Below are positions 1 through 10,244 of a DNA stretch of 64,000 nucleotides, piece after piece. A model generated the notes under the pieces. It was not told the DNA's origin. It searched no databases and worked only from the letters and a program-made list of their open reading frames with translations. Where the stretch lies: the IMG/VR virus record IMGVR_UViG_3300028833_000093; one strand, 5' to 3'. The translations under genes were made by a program, and so were the position numbers. Source of the stretch: an uncultured virus (IMG/VR IMGVR_UViG_3300028833_000093). Lineage: Duplodnaviria > Heunggongvirae > Uroviricota > Caudoviricetes. Position 1 is the first letter of the stretch. Every line of letters starts with the position of its first letter.

Positions 1-375
1 GCACCTAGCGTAGACTGTCGAATTACTTGGAAGAATTTCCCTGCTAAACAATTCGATATGTTAGAGATGATGGCAGTTGAACCGGAGAAGATTGCAGATT
101 ATTATTTATCTAATATTAACTTAGAATCGCTTCGAGATATTGTCAAGAGAGGAATTACGGATTATATTGACAAAATGCTTACTCCTCACGAAGTAAAGTT
201 AGAAATTCCTGAAGAAGAACCAGTATACCAAGGTGATCCTATCAGCTCTGGAGAAAAAGAGGCAACTCAACCTGCTAAAGAAGGAATTGCAACATCGGTT
301 AGGAAAACCGCTGTTAGGAAATCGAATAAACCTGCCTCGAAGTCAACAACCAAAAAGACAACTAAGAAGAAATGA
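1..375 (+). CDS. hypothetical protein, 5'-truncated by the window edge, Lys/Thr-rich C-terminus
   Basis: Frame is open from base 1 through the ORF-track ATG at 58; stop overlaps the next start (ATGA). Confidence 0.7.
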   Translation, partial: APSVDCRITWKNFPAKQFDMLEMMAVEPEKIADYYLSNINLESLRDIVKRGITDYIDKMLTPHEVKLEIPEEEPVYQGDPISSGEKEATQPAKEGIATSVRKTAVRKSNKPASKSTTKKTTKKK

Positions 376-947
376 AAAAAGAATTTGACCCTGAAGATTT
401 AGTAATTGACCCTACCATTGAAGGTCTTAGTGAAGAAATCAACGTAGAAGAGATTGAACAGGTGGCAAAAGAGGAGTCGTTTGCCATGTGTAAGAACTTG
501 AGAGATATCTATTTTGATGAGGAGTTCATGAAGAAAAATCCTAAGTTCAAAGAGCGCTTGGATATCGAACTTGAATCATTGCGTGTGTTGATTAAGATGA
601 GAAAATCTGATGAGATTGTACATGACTTGTGCTTAAAATCTGTTGGTATGAACCCTAATAACGGTTCATTATATAAAGCGTTAACTGGTATTCAAAAGTC
701 GATGCTGAATATTCAAATCCAAATGGACACAACGGTACGTAATATAAATAGCTTGTTGAAAAATGTTCAATTGGAATTTAATTTTGAAAATAATGGACAA
801 GAAGAAAACCAGCAAGAAATACCGCTTGATAAGAACACAACACGAGGGTCAAAGAAATTTATTGAACAGATGCGAGAAGAGATAGACAATCCAGACGAAA
901 TTACACCTCAGCAAATGTTTGAAGATGAAAAAGACGAGCAAGATTAA
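372..947 (+). CDS. hypothetical protein, possibly terminase small subunit (T4 gp16-like)
   Basis: 191-aa helical protein. The segments NPNNGSLYKALTGIQKSML and TRGSKKFIEQM loosely resemble gp16-family motifs; weak. Confidence 0.35.
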   Translation: MKKEFDPEDLVIDPTIEGLSEEINVEEIEQVAKEESFAMCKNLRDIYFDEEFMKKNPKFKERLDIELESLRVLIKMRKSDEIVHDLCLKSVGMNPNNGSLYKALTGIQKSMLNIQIQMDTTVRNINSLLKNVQLEFNFENNGQEENQQEIPLDKNTTRGSKKFIEQMREEIDNPDEITPQQMFEDEKDEQD

Positions 948-963
948 CTTGTTCGTCTTTTTT
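929..963. terminator. bidirectional intrinsic terminator
   Basis: AAAAGACGAGCAAG-ATTAA-CTTGTTCGTCTTTT between convergent genes. Confidence 0.75.
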
Positions 964-964
964 G

Positions 965-1189
965 TTAGAAGTTGTAAGGATTGTATCGGGGATTTACGAG
1001 TTCGTCCCATTTCTGGTCCAGTTCGGGTGTTCGTTCTATCCAGTTGATTTGACCACACACCGGGCAGACTATATAATAATAGTTCGGTTCATTGTGTGTC
1101 CAGTTCAAATCTTCAACCGACCACCGAAGTCTTGAATTGCATTTCGTGCAAGTCAGTTCATTCGTATTTCCTTTCTCCAATACTTCCAT
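965..1189 (-). CDS. small zinc-ribbon protein
   Basis: CTKC...CPVC. Confidence 0.7.
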   Translation of the reverse strand: MEVLEKGNTNELTCTKCNSRLRWSVEDLNWTHNEPNYYYIVCPVCGQINWIERTPELDQKWDELVNPRYNPYNF

Positions 1190-1190
1190 A

Positions 1191-2270
1191 TTAGAATAGT
1201 TCTCCTTTACCTATATTTTGTATCTCATCTTCGAGTGCTTTCTTTGCTTTCTCGATACGTGCTTTTGACTCTCGAATACTTTGCATACGCTCTTCAGTCC
1301 AGTAATCAGGGCAGCCTTTGCAATAGTTTTCGTAATTCATATAATTCTCTGCTCCATCAGTCAACTCATGTACATCGAGACTTTTCCAATACCACTTGGT
1401 GAAATACTCTTCGGGGATGTCATTGTCGATGTCATAGCGAATATTGTCCATAGAGACAAACATATCGCCAATCATTACGATGGTACCGATGTCATTACCT
1501 ACCCACATGTCAGGTTCATATGGCCATTCGTGTTTATCACAGAAAGCTTTTAGGTATTCATTGCATACATCATTCCACTGAGCAATACGAGCTTTGATTT
1601 CGGTATTTTTATCTACTACATCTTGTTCACGGAATTCTACCATCTGAATAGGTTTGTCTTTTTTCGGTTGTTCGGGAAGTTTATTCCAGTCTACTACCCA
1701 AGAAATCGCTCCGGTGTCGCTAATCTCTGCATGACCTGGGAGTATATCTTCATGGAAAGTAATTCGGTCATCGGTTTGTTTGCCAATCAATTTCTCAATC
1801 AGCTCTGAGTCGTTGGTAATGACATCTCCGAGCGCTGTCTCGATTTTTACTACCGGTTTTTCTTTTTCTTCCACTTTCTTCAAATCCTCCTCATAAAAAT
1901 GAACACCATCTATTCCTTTCAACCTATAGAATTCACCGTAAAAATAAGTGATTTCCATAATAGTATAGGTTTTATTCAAATCAATTTTATACCCATTCTC
2001 GATGAGCCATAGCTTTGCTTTCTCTGTGAGTATTACTTTATCACCAATTTTTAATTTAGAGTCATTAGAGTTAGCATCCTTATTCAATTCGTAAGAGTAG
2101 TATTCACCTAAAAACGATTTGTCATCCCACTTTACTGTATATTTGTATTTACCATTGTTGAAATAATGGAAAGATGTGATTGTACCTACACTGTTAATAC
2201 AGTTGTATACTCCTTTGTACTTTTCATTTATAACTACTCGGTCACCAATATTAAATTTACGTTTACTCAT
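1191..2270 (-). CDS. hypothetical protein with two N-terminal SH3/KOW-like repeats
   Basis: KFNIGDRVVI and KLKIGDKVIL segments; 359-aa ORF in a tight operon. Confidence 0.7.
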   Translation of the reverse strand: MSKRKFNIGDRVVINEKYKGVYNCINSVGTITSFHYFNNGKYKYTVKWDDKSFLGEYYSYELNKDANSNDSKLKIGDKVILTEKAKLWLIENGYKIDLNKTYTIMEITYFYGEFYRLKGIDGVHFYEEDLKKVEEKEKPVVKIETALGDVITNDSELIEKLIGKQTDDRITFHEDILPGHAEISDTGAISWVVDWNKLPEQPKKDKPIQMVEFREQDVVDKNTEIKARIAQWNDVCNEYLKAFCDKHEWPYEPDMWVGNDIGTIVMIGDMFVSMDNIRYDIDNDIPEEYFTKWYWKSLDVHELTDGAENYMNYENYCKGCPDYWTEERMQSIRESKARIEKAKKALEDEIQNIGKGELF

Positions 2271-2285
2271 ATGATTTTTTGATTT

Positions 2286-3101
2286 TTAATACATGTCTTT
2301 TAATGTGTATTTGGTCTTTTTGAGAATTTTGTCTAATGATTTCAACAATTTCTCTTTATTCGATGGACCAAATAAATAGTTTGTGTCTTTTCTGGGATAG
2401 TTTTCGCCATATCCCGGACTGTACCAGCTAATACTCTGTTTCGTAGTCTCGTTCTTGTCTAACGGCATCTTACGTTCGAATTTGTATGGGTGATTGAAGA
2501 ACAATCGAACACACATTAGATTGTCAATCTTATACAAGTCGATAAAAGCGTAATCGTGTTTTTGATTGACAAAGTAGTCAATTCGTTCACTTTTACCATT
2601 TTCTTTTTCTATCCACTTGAACCGCTCAATAGTAATCTCTTTGCCGACAGAAACAGTAATGATGTCATCAGTTTTGTGTCCCCAGCTAATTTCGGCATTG
2701 TGTTTTTCAGTGAGATCTTTCAATAAATCCAGTAATTCGTCTTTCGCATACAACAAATCTTCATCACAAGCTTTCTCTTCGATAGTCAATATGTGATGAT
2801 GAGCATATGTGTAATGCTCTGGGGTACGACAAATAAAATCATCATCTCTTTCCACCGAAGCAGGCACCAACACCGGATCAGCAATCAGTTCACAATAGCT
2901 GTTCAGACCATCGATTTTATAACTAGACTTTTCTGAGATAGCACTGCCAAAGTAATCCTTTTTACCAAGCAATCCAATCTCTTCATAAATACGATTTAAC
3001 GCTTCGTCTAACGTACGATAATGTGATACCCAATGTGCTTCGTCTTTCGAGTTTTTGTAGAACGAGTCTCCTTTGAGCAGTTTGCAAATAACTTTATACA
3101 T
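2286..3101 (-). CDS. hypothetical protein
   Basis: 271-aa ORF preceded by the TATATTnnnTTGTA motif. Confidence 0.75.
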   Translation of the reverse strand: MYKVICKLLKGDSFYKNSKDEAHWVSHYRTLDEALNRIYEEIGLLGKKDYFGSAISEKSSYKIDGLNSYCELIADPVLVPASVERDDDFICRTPEHYTYAHHHILTIEEKACDEDLLYAKDELLDLLKDLTEKHNAEISWGHKTDDIITVSVGKEITIERFKWIEKENGKSERIDYFVNQKHDYAFIDLYKIDNLMCVRLFFNHPYKFERKMPLDKNETTKQSISWYSPGYGENYPRKDTNYLFGPSNKEKLLKSLDKILKKTKYTLKDMY

Positions 3102-3116
3102 ATTCTTGTTTTTTAG

Positions 3117-3130
3117 TACAAGTTAATATA
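3117..3130 (-). promoter_or_regulatory. candidate early/middle promoter TATATTnnnTTGTA
   Basis: TATATT-AAC-TTGTA about 15 nt before the ATG at 3101; same motif at 4783, 30231, 44011 and 48445. Confidence 0.6.
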
Positions 3131-3135
3131 CTAAA

Positions 3136-3834
3136 TTATAAGAAAAAGTTAATCAGTTTTCGGCGAATTTTGATATATAACTTACCGAACCATGAAGCTT
3201 TTTTATACTCTTCCAATTCGATAAAGTTAAGTCCAGTTTTCTTTTGTTTCTCGATTTGTGCTTTGATAGTCTGATACTTCACAGGCATGTAATAGTTGAA
3301 GTCAACTCCTACATCGTACATCGTTGGAGTGCTCATCAATTTTACTCGTTTGTAATCACCCCCTTGATGATTTGCATGAGATGTGTGCACATGTCCGAAT
3401 AAATGCCAAATTCGTCCATTCAATTGACCACCGAAACACAAAAGTGGTTCGTGGTTCAGAATAATCGGCTGACCATCAATAGATATGAACATTTTTGCTG
3501 CAACTTTTACAAAGTAATCCTTGTAACGGTCACGCATGTTCTTATAATCGTGGTTGCCAAGTATCAAATACTTCTGACCATTCAGTTTTGGAATGATTTG
3601 GTCGAACAAACCAGCCCCGCCAAACGCAATATCTCCAAGAATAAAGATAATATCATCTTTCTTCACCAAAGTATTCCAACGTTTGATGATAAATTCATTC
3701 ATTTCATCAGTGTCCTTAAATGGTCTGTCACAATACTTCAGAATATTTTGATGACCAAAATGAGGATCTGAAATAAACCAAATATTTTTGGAAGACTGAA
3801 AAGCGTATTCCTTATTTCTTACATCGTTTTGCAT
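3136..3834 (-). CDS. calcineurin-like metallophosphoesterase
   Basis: SDPH, LGD, GNHD, NHEP and GHVH motifs. Confidence 0.9.
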   Translation of the reverse strand: MQNDVRNKEYAFQSSKNIWFISDPHFGHQNILKYCDRPFKDTDEMNEFIIKRWNTLVKKDDIIFILGDIAFGGAGLFDQIIPKLNGQKYLILGNHDYKNMRDRYKDYFVKVAAKMFISIDGQPIILNHEPLLCFGGQLNGRIWHLFGHVHTSHANHQGGDYKRVKLMSTPTMYDVGVDFNYYMPVKYQTIKAQIEKQKKTGLNFIELEEYKKASWFGKLYIKIRRKLINFFL

Positions 3835-4046
3835 TAGTCAAAAAGTCGAATAATAAATGTGATTAAATATAACAGTACAATTGCCAAGAACCAGACAAAC
3901 AAAAGTGCTGGAACTACAAATAATGGTGCAATTACCCACCACCAAGAGTATGTCATCACGCCACACAATTTTAAGATAAGTAGTATCAATGTGGCCAGTG
4001 TGAATGGTAGTGACGAAATAGTGCAGCCACGACGATAATTTTCCAT
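3834..4046 (-). CDS. small two-TM membrane protein
   Basis: Two hydrophobic segments flanking LKLCGVMTYSWWWVIAP. Confidence 0.75.
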   Translation of the reverse strand: MENYRRGCTISSLPFTLATLILLILKLCGVMTYSWWWVIAPLFVVPALLFVWFLAIVLLYLITFIIRLFD

Positions 4047-4132
4047 TTGCTAATAGTTTATATTATTTTAGTATTTACGTTCATTACGCGTCAAGTATAC
4101 CGCCTTACGCGTCATTTTTATTATACCTCTTA

Positions 4133-4489
4133 TTATATTCTATTTTCGAAGTTATGTAATAAATTTTCTATGTTCTCTTTCGCTACAGGATTTGCTGAAT
4201 GAACCGTCCAGTCAGGCAGTTCTTTATCATTATCCATACAATACTCAACTAACCATTTTGCACAATCATAACCTTCTCCGTAACCAATACCCAGATCATT
4301 GTCGAAAGAAATAAAGTCGGGAAGACCATTCTCTTTGATATAGTTTTCAAATTCTGATTGAGTTTTTACCCATACGACATTGGCATCACTTATATCAATA
4401 CCCAAGCATTTCAAACATACCCATTTAATGCTCACTTGGTGCTCTTTGAATGGATTTCGTAAGTCGTCTAACCAGAGTATTGTTTTCAT
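4133..4489 (-). CDS. cyclic-phosphate-processing receiver (cREC)-like domain protein
   Basis: LWLDDLR...ISFDNDLG...GYDCAKWL...VHSANP; start reassigned to the ATG at 4489 (MKTILWLDD). Confidence 0.8.
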   Translation of the reverse strand: MKTILWLDDLRNPFKEHQVSIKWVCLKCLGIDISDANVVWVKTQSEFENYIKENGLPDFISFDNDLGIGYGEGYDCAKWLVEYCMDNDKELPDWTVHSANPVAKENIENLLHNFENRI

Positions 4490-4502
4490 AACTTGTATAT
4501 TT

Positions 4503-4769
4503 TTATTGAGCGGGATACCATTTATCGTCTTTTGCTGTTTGTATCTGTTTCGTAACTGTTCCATCAAAATCTAGAATTCTCCAGAAGTTTCCGCGATAAA
4601 AAGCTTTTTCTCCGTTTATAACAACGTGTTGCGGCGTGTGTACAACACAATTATTTCCGATGTGAACACTGCCAAATGTCTTATTTATAAACAAATAGAC
4701 GATTTGATTTTTCAAAGGTTTGTTCTCGCCAAATAGATTGGCATTTTTCTTCATTTGACTTTTATTCAT
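4503..4769 (-). CDS. hypothetical protein
   Basis: 88-aa ORF preceded by TATATTnnnTTGTA. Confidence 0.6.
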   Translation of the reverse strand: MNKSQMKKNANLFGENKPLKNQIVYLFINKTFGSVHIGNNCVVHTPQHVVINGEKAFYRGNFWRILDFDGTVTKQIQTAKDDKWYPAQ

Positions 4770-4782
4770 AACTAAATAGGAT

Positions 4783-4796
4783 TACAATACAATATA
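4783..4796 (-). promoter_or_regulatory. candidate early/middle promoter TATATTnnnTTGTA
   Basis: TATATT-GTA-TTGTA just upstream of the ATG at 4769, downstream of a hairpin at about 4805-4827. Confidence 0.6.
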
Positions 4797-4853
4797 TAAA
4801 ATAAGCACCAGAAATTAATTCCGGTGCCCATTTATTTATCTACTAATTGTAAT

Positions 4854-7800
4854 TTATTCTTCTTCAATTATTGTCCATCCTTGTGGAATACCGTTTCCAC
4901 CATCCGGCCAATAAACATTTTTTCTTTTTACAAAGATACCTCCAGATGGAATATTATATGTCCACATTAATGTACTATTATCAATATCTATCCCATTCAC
5001 TGCTAAACATTTTATATATTTTAAGTTTGTACAATTTAAGAACATTTCATAATAACATTCGCTTACTAATGTTTGTGCAGGTAATACAGGAGCTTTAATT
5101 AAGTTTGTACAGCTCTCAAACATGCTAGCATAGCAATAGTATGCTAATTCAGTAGCAGGTAATTCAGTTGCAATTATTAAAGATGTACAACCATAAAACA
5201 TTCCCGCATAGCATTGATTTGATAATTGTGTAGCTGGTAATGCGGGTGGATATAATAAGCTTTTGCAATTTCTGAACATTCCGTTATAACAGCTTTCAGT
5301 CATTATTAGAGCTGGAAGCGCAGGAGGAATAACTAAACTATAACAATCTGTAAACATCCCGATATAACAACCTTCAGCTAATATAGTAGCAGGGAGTTCT
5401 GGAGCAATTATCAGACTAGAACATCCATTAAACATGTTATAATAACATTGTGGTGTTAGCGTTGTAGCAGGTAATTCTGGTGCTGAAGTTAAACCAGTAC
5501 AATTTTGGAACATAACACTATAACAGTTATCAGCTAATGCAGTCGCTGGCAGTTCAGGTGGGGCAATAAGAGCAGTACAGTTGTTAAATAATTCAGAAAA
5601 ACATCCATTATTTGGTATTGTTAAAGTATTACATGCTCCGTTATCTATCAATGACATTATATTTCCGGAAGCTTTTACTTTTCCTAATAATGTAAACCAC
5701 ACACGACGGTACCCACCAAAAAACCATCCACTAAGTCCTTCTGGATAATCTCCTTTTAGACACAATATTGTTCCTTTACTAAATGATATTGGACCTGTGT
5801 AATAATTCCAAGTTTCACCATCATCTAATGAATAGTAAAATTTATCTTCAAAACTCTCATCAGTACATGACCAATAAAATTCAGAATCTTCCACTGCTTC
5901 AAATTTAAGACCAGGATAATTCACTTGTTCAACTGTCCAACCTTCTGGAATACCATTTACTCCAGTCGGCCAATTCGCTTTGTAGTCTTTAATAAATGTA
6001 CCTGTTGCTGCTACTCCATCTACCCAATAATCTGTACTACTATTCGTATATATACCATTAACCGCAAGACATTTAATGTAATTTAAATTACTACAGCCTT
6101 GGAACATGTTAGTATAACACCAATCAACTAATGTTTTAGCAGGTAATACAGGTGCTGTTGTTAAACTACTACAGCCATAGAACATACCACTATAACAGCC
6201 ATTTGCTAATGTAGTCGCCGGTAATTCCGGTACTGTTGTTAAACTGCTACAACTATTGAACATACCCCAATAACAACCATCTGCTAATGTTTTAGCAGGT
6301 AATATTGATGGTGTTGTTGTCAAACTGCTACAATTTTTGAACATGTAATAATAACAATTATTTGCTAATGTAATAGCAGGTAATACAGGTGCTGTTGTTA
6401 GAGAACTGCATCCTAAAAACATTTGTGCATAACAACCATCTGATAATACAATAGCAGGTAATTCCGGTACTGTTGTTAAACTAGTACAGCCTTCAAACAT
6501 ACCATGATAACAACTATCTGCTAATGTAGTAGCAGGTAGTTCGGGAGCAATTATCAGACTAGAACATCCATTAAACATGTTATAATAACATTGGAGTGTT
6601 AGCGTTGTAGCAGGTAATAATTTTTCAGGGATTGAAGTTAAACCAGTACAACCATAAAACATACCATGATAACAATTTTGTGTTAAATATAATGCTGGTA
6701 ATAATTTTTCAGGGATTGAAGTTAAACCAGTACACCCCCAGAACATAGCACAATAACACCAATCTTTCAAACTATTAGAGGGTAATAAGTTTTCTGAAAT
6801 AGATTTAATTCCGGGGCAATCCATAAAACATCTGAAAAAACATCTATCATTAGGGATTGTTAAAGTATTACATGCCCCGTTATCTATCAATGACATTATA
6901 TTTCCTGATATCTCTATTTGTCCGGTTATATGAAAAAATGTATATTTATAAGCTGATAATGAAAATCCATTTGGGTTATCTCCTTTTAACAAAATTACAT
7001 CTCCTTGGTTTAATGATACTAAAGAAGTATGATAATCCCATTCGGTCCAACTTCCGCCATTGATAGCATACCATAAATCTGGAAAATTACTCCCTATATC
7101 ATATATTTCTATAACAGAGTTTTCTAGCGCAGTAAAAGTAAGACCCCTGTAATTATTTATAGTTGTCCACCCGGAAGGAATACCATTATTACCAGATGGC
7201 CATGATGCACTTGGAGATTTGATAAATTTTCCACTAGAAAAAACTCCTTGTACCCAATTAGTAGTGCTATAATGTTGGTTAATTCCTTGTGAGGCAAGAC
7301 ATTTTATATATTTTAACGATGAACATCCTTTGAACATCGCTTGATATACATTATATATCAATGTTCCGTTTCTATAATCTAAAACAGTTGATGGTAATTC
7401 GGGAGCTTTCACTAAACTGCTACAATTCTCGAACATCCCCATATAACATCCATCCGCTAAAGTTCTTGCTGGTAATTCAGGTGCTTCAACCAAACTGCTA
7501 CAACCCCGGAACATATATAGATAGCAGTTTTTTGCTATATCAACAGCTGGTAGTTTCGGAGCGACAGTTAATGAACTACATCCAGAAAACATACTTGTAT
7601 AACAGGCTTGGCTTATATTTTCTACGGATAATAGATCTTCTGGTACCGAAACTAAACCTTGACAATCTTGAAACATCCCACTGTAACTTCTTTCTCCTAG
7701 ATTAGTAGCAGGTAATAAATCATGAGGTAATGATGTTATACTATTACATCCACGAAACATATATTGATACCCGTTATATGGGGTTGTTAAAGCCGGCAAT

Positions 7801-9629
7801 TTTGGTAAATTCGTTATATTTGAGCAATTCTCAAACATTTGGTTATAACACCAATCTTTCAAATTAGTAGCAGGCAATAATTTTTCAGGAAGAGATGTTA
7901 ATCCAGTACATCCATAAAACATACTATTATAGCATCCCTCCGTTAAAGTTCTTGCTGGTAATAGTTTTTCTGGTAAAGATGTTAATCCAGTGCATTCATA
8001 AAACATTCTATAATAACAACCATTTTTTAGAACAGTTGCTGGAAGCAATGTATCAGATATAGATGTTATTCCAGAATGGCCCCCCTTAAAACAGTTTGCG
8101 AAACAATAACTGCATGGAATATCACTTTTATAGGCAACTAATGACATAATACTTCCCGAAACTTCGATAACTCCGGATACATTAAACTCGGTATAATTAT
8201 CGCTATAGTAGGATGAAAATCCATTTGGATTATTTCCTTTCACCCACATTACATCATCTTGGTAAAGGATCACTGAGTCATAATTATCTGACCAATGCAC
8301 CCAGTTTCCTCCATTGATAGCATACCACAAATCTGGGGTATTGTTGAAATTCGATATACCAATTGTACCTAATATACTAGTTGCGTCAATAACAGTAAAA
8401 GTAAGACCAGTGAATTCTTTTTGACTATCATCCCAGCCTGAAGGTATTCCATTCGTTCCCGTTGTCCAAGAAGAATCAGCATTACTTATAAATGTTCCAT
8501 TAGCAGATACACCTGATACCCAATAATATGTACTATTATTCGTATTTATACCATTCACGGCAAGACACTTAATGCGATTCAGATTAGTACATCCTCTAAA
8601 CATTTCAGAGTAACATGATGGTTTCAATTCTGTAGCAGGTAATTCTGGCACCGTAGTTAAACTTGTACAGCCTTCAAACATACTATTATAACAGCTTTCT
8701 GTTAATATTGTTGCTGGAAGTGAAGGAGCTGTTGTTAAACTACTACAATCATTGAACATACCAAAATAACATACTTCTGCTAATATTCTTGCTGGAAGTG
8801 AAGGAGCTGTTGTTAAACTACTACAACCAGAGAACATATGACTATAACAGCCTGTTTTTAATTCATTAGCATGTAACTCTGGTGCTGTTGTTAAACTTGT
8901 GCATACTCTAAACATATCAGCATAACAATGCTGTGCTAATTCAGTAGCGGGGAGCGATGGTGCTAAAGTTAAAGCGGTACATCCGTCAAACATTGCCGAA
9001 TAACATGCATAAGATAATATAGTTGCTGGTAATTCAGGTGCAGTTGTTAAACTTGTGCAAAAATAAAACATATATTGATAACAGTTACTACCTAATGTTG
9101 TTGCTGGTAATTCTGGACCGTGTATCAGATTGGTACAGCTAGAAAACATAGATTGATAACAAAAATCGCTTGCCGTTGTGCTTGGCAATAATAAATCACT
9201 TGCATCTGTTAATCCTGTACAGCCATTAAATAAATATCCCCCGCAATTACTTATTAATTGAGCTTCTAAATCTTTATAATTCCATAAAGCATTACAATTC
9301 CCACTTATAGAAACATCTCCAGTTATAGAAAATGTTGTATTATTCCATCCTGTTAAAATCCCAATCACATAAATTTCGTCATTGGCACTCATGTGGATTG
9401 ATGTACTGGTATCAAAAACATTCCAATCTTTTTGGTTGAAACTAAACCACAATTTTTGGTTATTGCTTAATTTAGATAATCCAATGGTTGAACTTTGATT
9501 TGCCTTAAACGTAACCCATTCTGTTGGCGGGTTATCAAGCAATGGAACTGTCCCTACAAATGCATTATTGGTAGTAAGTTCTTTACTACCATAATACGCT
9601 TTCTTAATATTTAATTTTCCTATCTTCAT
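4854..9629 (-). CDS. large LRR-like (BspA-like) repeat protein with four repeat modules; putative fibre/adhesin
   Basis: 26-aa repeat PELPATTLAxxCYxxMFxGCxSLTxA; each module ends YIKCLA...GIPxGW; N-terminal adaptor-like KIGKLNIKKAYYG. Confidence 0.85.
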   Translation of the reverse strand: MKIGKLNIKKAYYGSKELTTNNAFVGTVPLLDNPPTEWVTFKANQSSTIGLSKLSNNQKLWFSFNQKDWNVFDTSTSIHMSANDEIYVIGILTGWNNTTFSITGDVSISGNCNALWNYKDLEAQLISNCGGYLFNGCTGLTDASDLLLPSTTASDFCYQSMFSSCTNLIHGPELPATTLGSNCYQYMFYFCTSLTTAPELPATILSYACYSAMFDGCTALTLAPSLPATELAQHCYADMFRVCTSLTTAPELHANELKTGCYSHMFSGCSSLTTAPSLPARILAEVCYFGMFNDCSSLTTAPSLPATILTESCYNSMFEGCTSLTTVPELPATELKPSCYSEMFRGCTNLNRIKCLAVNGINTNNSTYYWVSGVSANGTFISNADSSWTTGTNGIPSGWDDSQKEFTGLTFTVIDATSILGTIGISNFNNTPDLWYAINGGNWVHWSDNYDSVILYQDDVMWVKGNNPNGFSSYYSDNYTEFNVSGVIEVSGSIMSLVAYKSDIPCSYCFANCFKGGHSGITSISDTLLPATVLKNGCYYRMFYECTGLTSLPEKLLPARTLTEGCYNSMFYGCTGLTSLPEKLLPATNLKDWCYNQMFENCSNITNLPKLPALTTPYNGYQYMFRGCNSITSLPHDLLPATNLGERSYSGMFQDCQGLVSVPEDLLSVENISQACYTSMFSGCSSLTVAPKLPAVDIAKNCYLYMFRGCSSLVEAPELPARTLADGCYMGMFENCSSLVKAPELPSTVLDYRNGTLIYNVYQAMFKGCSSLKYIKCLASQGINQHYSTTNWVQGVFSSGKFIKSPSASWPSGNNGIPSGWTTINNYRGLTFTALENSVIEIYDIGSNFPDLWYAINGGSWTEWDYHTSLVSLNQGDVILLKGDNPNGFSLSAYKYTFFHITGQIEISGNIMSLIDNGACNTLTIPNDRCFFRCFMDCPGIKSISENLLPSNSLKDWCYCAMFWGCTGLTSIPEKLLPALYLTQNCYHGMFYGCTGLTSIPEKLLPATTLTLQCYYNMFNGCSSLIIAPELPATTLADSCYHGMFEGCTSLTTVPELPAIVLSDGCYAQMFLGCSSLTTAPVLPAITLANNCYYYMFKNCSSLTTTPSILPAKTLADGCYWGMFNSCSSLTTVPELPATTLANGCYSGMFYGCSSLTTAPVLPAKTLVDWCYTNMFQGCSNLNYIKCLAVNGIYTNSSTDYWVDGVAATGTFIKDYKANWPTGVNGIPEGWTVEQVNYPGLKFEAVEDSEFYWSCTDESFEDKFYYSLDDGETWNYYTGPISFSKGTILCLKGDYPEGLSGWFFGGYRRVWFTLLGKVKASGNIMSLIDNGACNTLTIPNNGCFSELFNNCTALIAPPELPATALADNCYSVMFQNCTGLTSAPELPATTLTPQCYYNMFNGCSSLIIAPELPATILAEGCYIGMFTDCYSLVIPPALPALIMTESCYNGMFRNCKSLLYPPALPATQLSNQCYAGMFYGCTSLIIATELPATELAYYCYASMFESCTNLIKAPVLPAQTLVSECYYEMFLNCTNLKYIKCLAVNGIDIDNSTLMWTYNIPSGGIFVKRKNVYWPDGGNGIPQGWTIIEEE

Positions 9630-9632
9630 ACA

Positions 9633-10130
9633 TTAAATTGCATCTGTTATAATATACAATGTTGTTGGTTCAGGAGGATTTAATTGGTCATATTGAGCTT
9701 GTGTCAATTGAATGACTTTAGCGAATGCTGTTTGTACTGGAGTGACATTATCAGTTGTACTGCCATTATAACCCCCTACACCTAACATATACACCGCTCC
9801 TTCGTGCTCGTAACGGTTGCTATCACCATTATAAGTATATCCTTCGGCATTAATTTCCTGATTGCTGCCTATACTAATATTTTTTCCTGCTTTTAATGTA
9901 ACCCCCGGATCCTTAGCAGAAATCACATTACCCCGAATAGTGATATTCTTACCTGCTCTCAATTTATCTTGTTTTTTGTCTAATGCTCTTTGTAATGAGT
10001 CAATAGCAGGTTGAATAAGAGTCTCAATATTGTTCTTTATTGAAAGTGATGCGAACTGAATACGCGAATCCGCATACTCTTTAATATCTTTCCATTTCTT
10101 ATATATGTTATCAATCAATGTTAAACTCAT
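9633..10130 (-). CDS. fibre adaptor-like protein
   Basis: KQDKLRAGKNITI / LKAGKNISI repeats; C-terminal LTQAQYDQL...TLYII motif. Confidence 0.75.
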   Translation of the reverse strand: MSLTLIDNIYKKWKDIKEYADSRIQFASLSIKNNIETLIQPAIDSLQRALDKKQDKLRAGKNITIRGNVISAKDPGVTLKAGKNISIGSNQEINAEGYTYNGDSNRYEHEGAVYMLGVGGYNGSTTDNVTPVQTAFAKVIQLTQAQYDQLNPPEPTTLYIITDAI

Positions 10131-10142
10131 AGTATATATAGT

Positions 10143-10150
10143 TTATTATA
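10143..10150 (+). promoter_or_regulatory. candidate late promoter TTATTATA driving the antisense repeat RNA
   Basis: Matches the TTATTATW motif seen before structural genes; lies 4 nt before the first repeat. Confidence 0.5.
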
Positions 10151-10154
10151 TTCA

Positions 10155-10244
10155 TGTAAGCGTGTGGAAACTATGTTTCGCTTTTGTAACCGTTTGGAAA
10201 CTTTGTTTCGGCTTTGTAAGCGTTCGGAAACTATGTTTCGCAGT
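10155..10244 (+). repeat. 3 x 30-bp tandem repeat with internal palindrome
   Basis: TGTAAGCGTGTGGAAACTATGTTTCGCTTT / TGTAACCGTTTGGAAACTTTGTTTCGGCTT / TGTAAGCGTTCGGAAACTATGTTTCGCAGT. Confidence 0.95.

Noticed and set aside
10155..10244. CRISPR mini-array (a permuted unit starts GTTTC and ends GAAAC)
   Set aside because: Only 3 nt separate such units, so there are no spacers; no cas genes are present; the compensatory change supports the other folding phase
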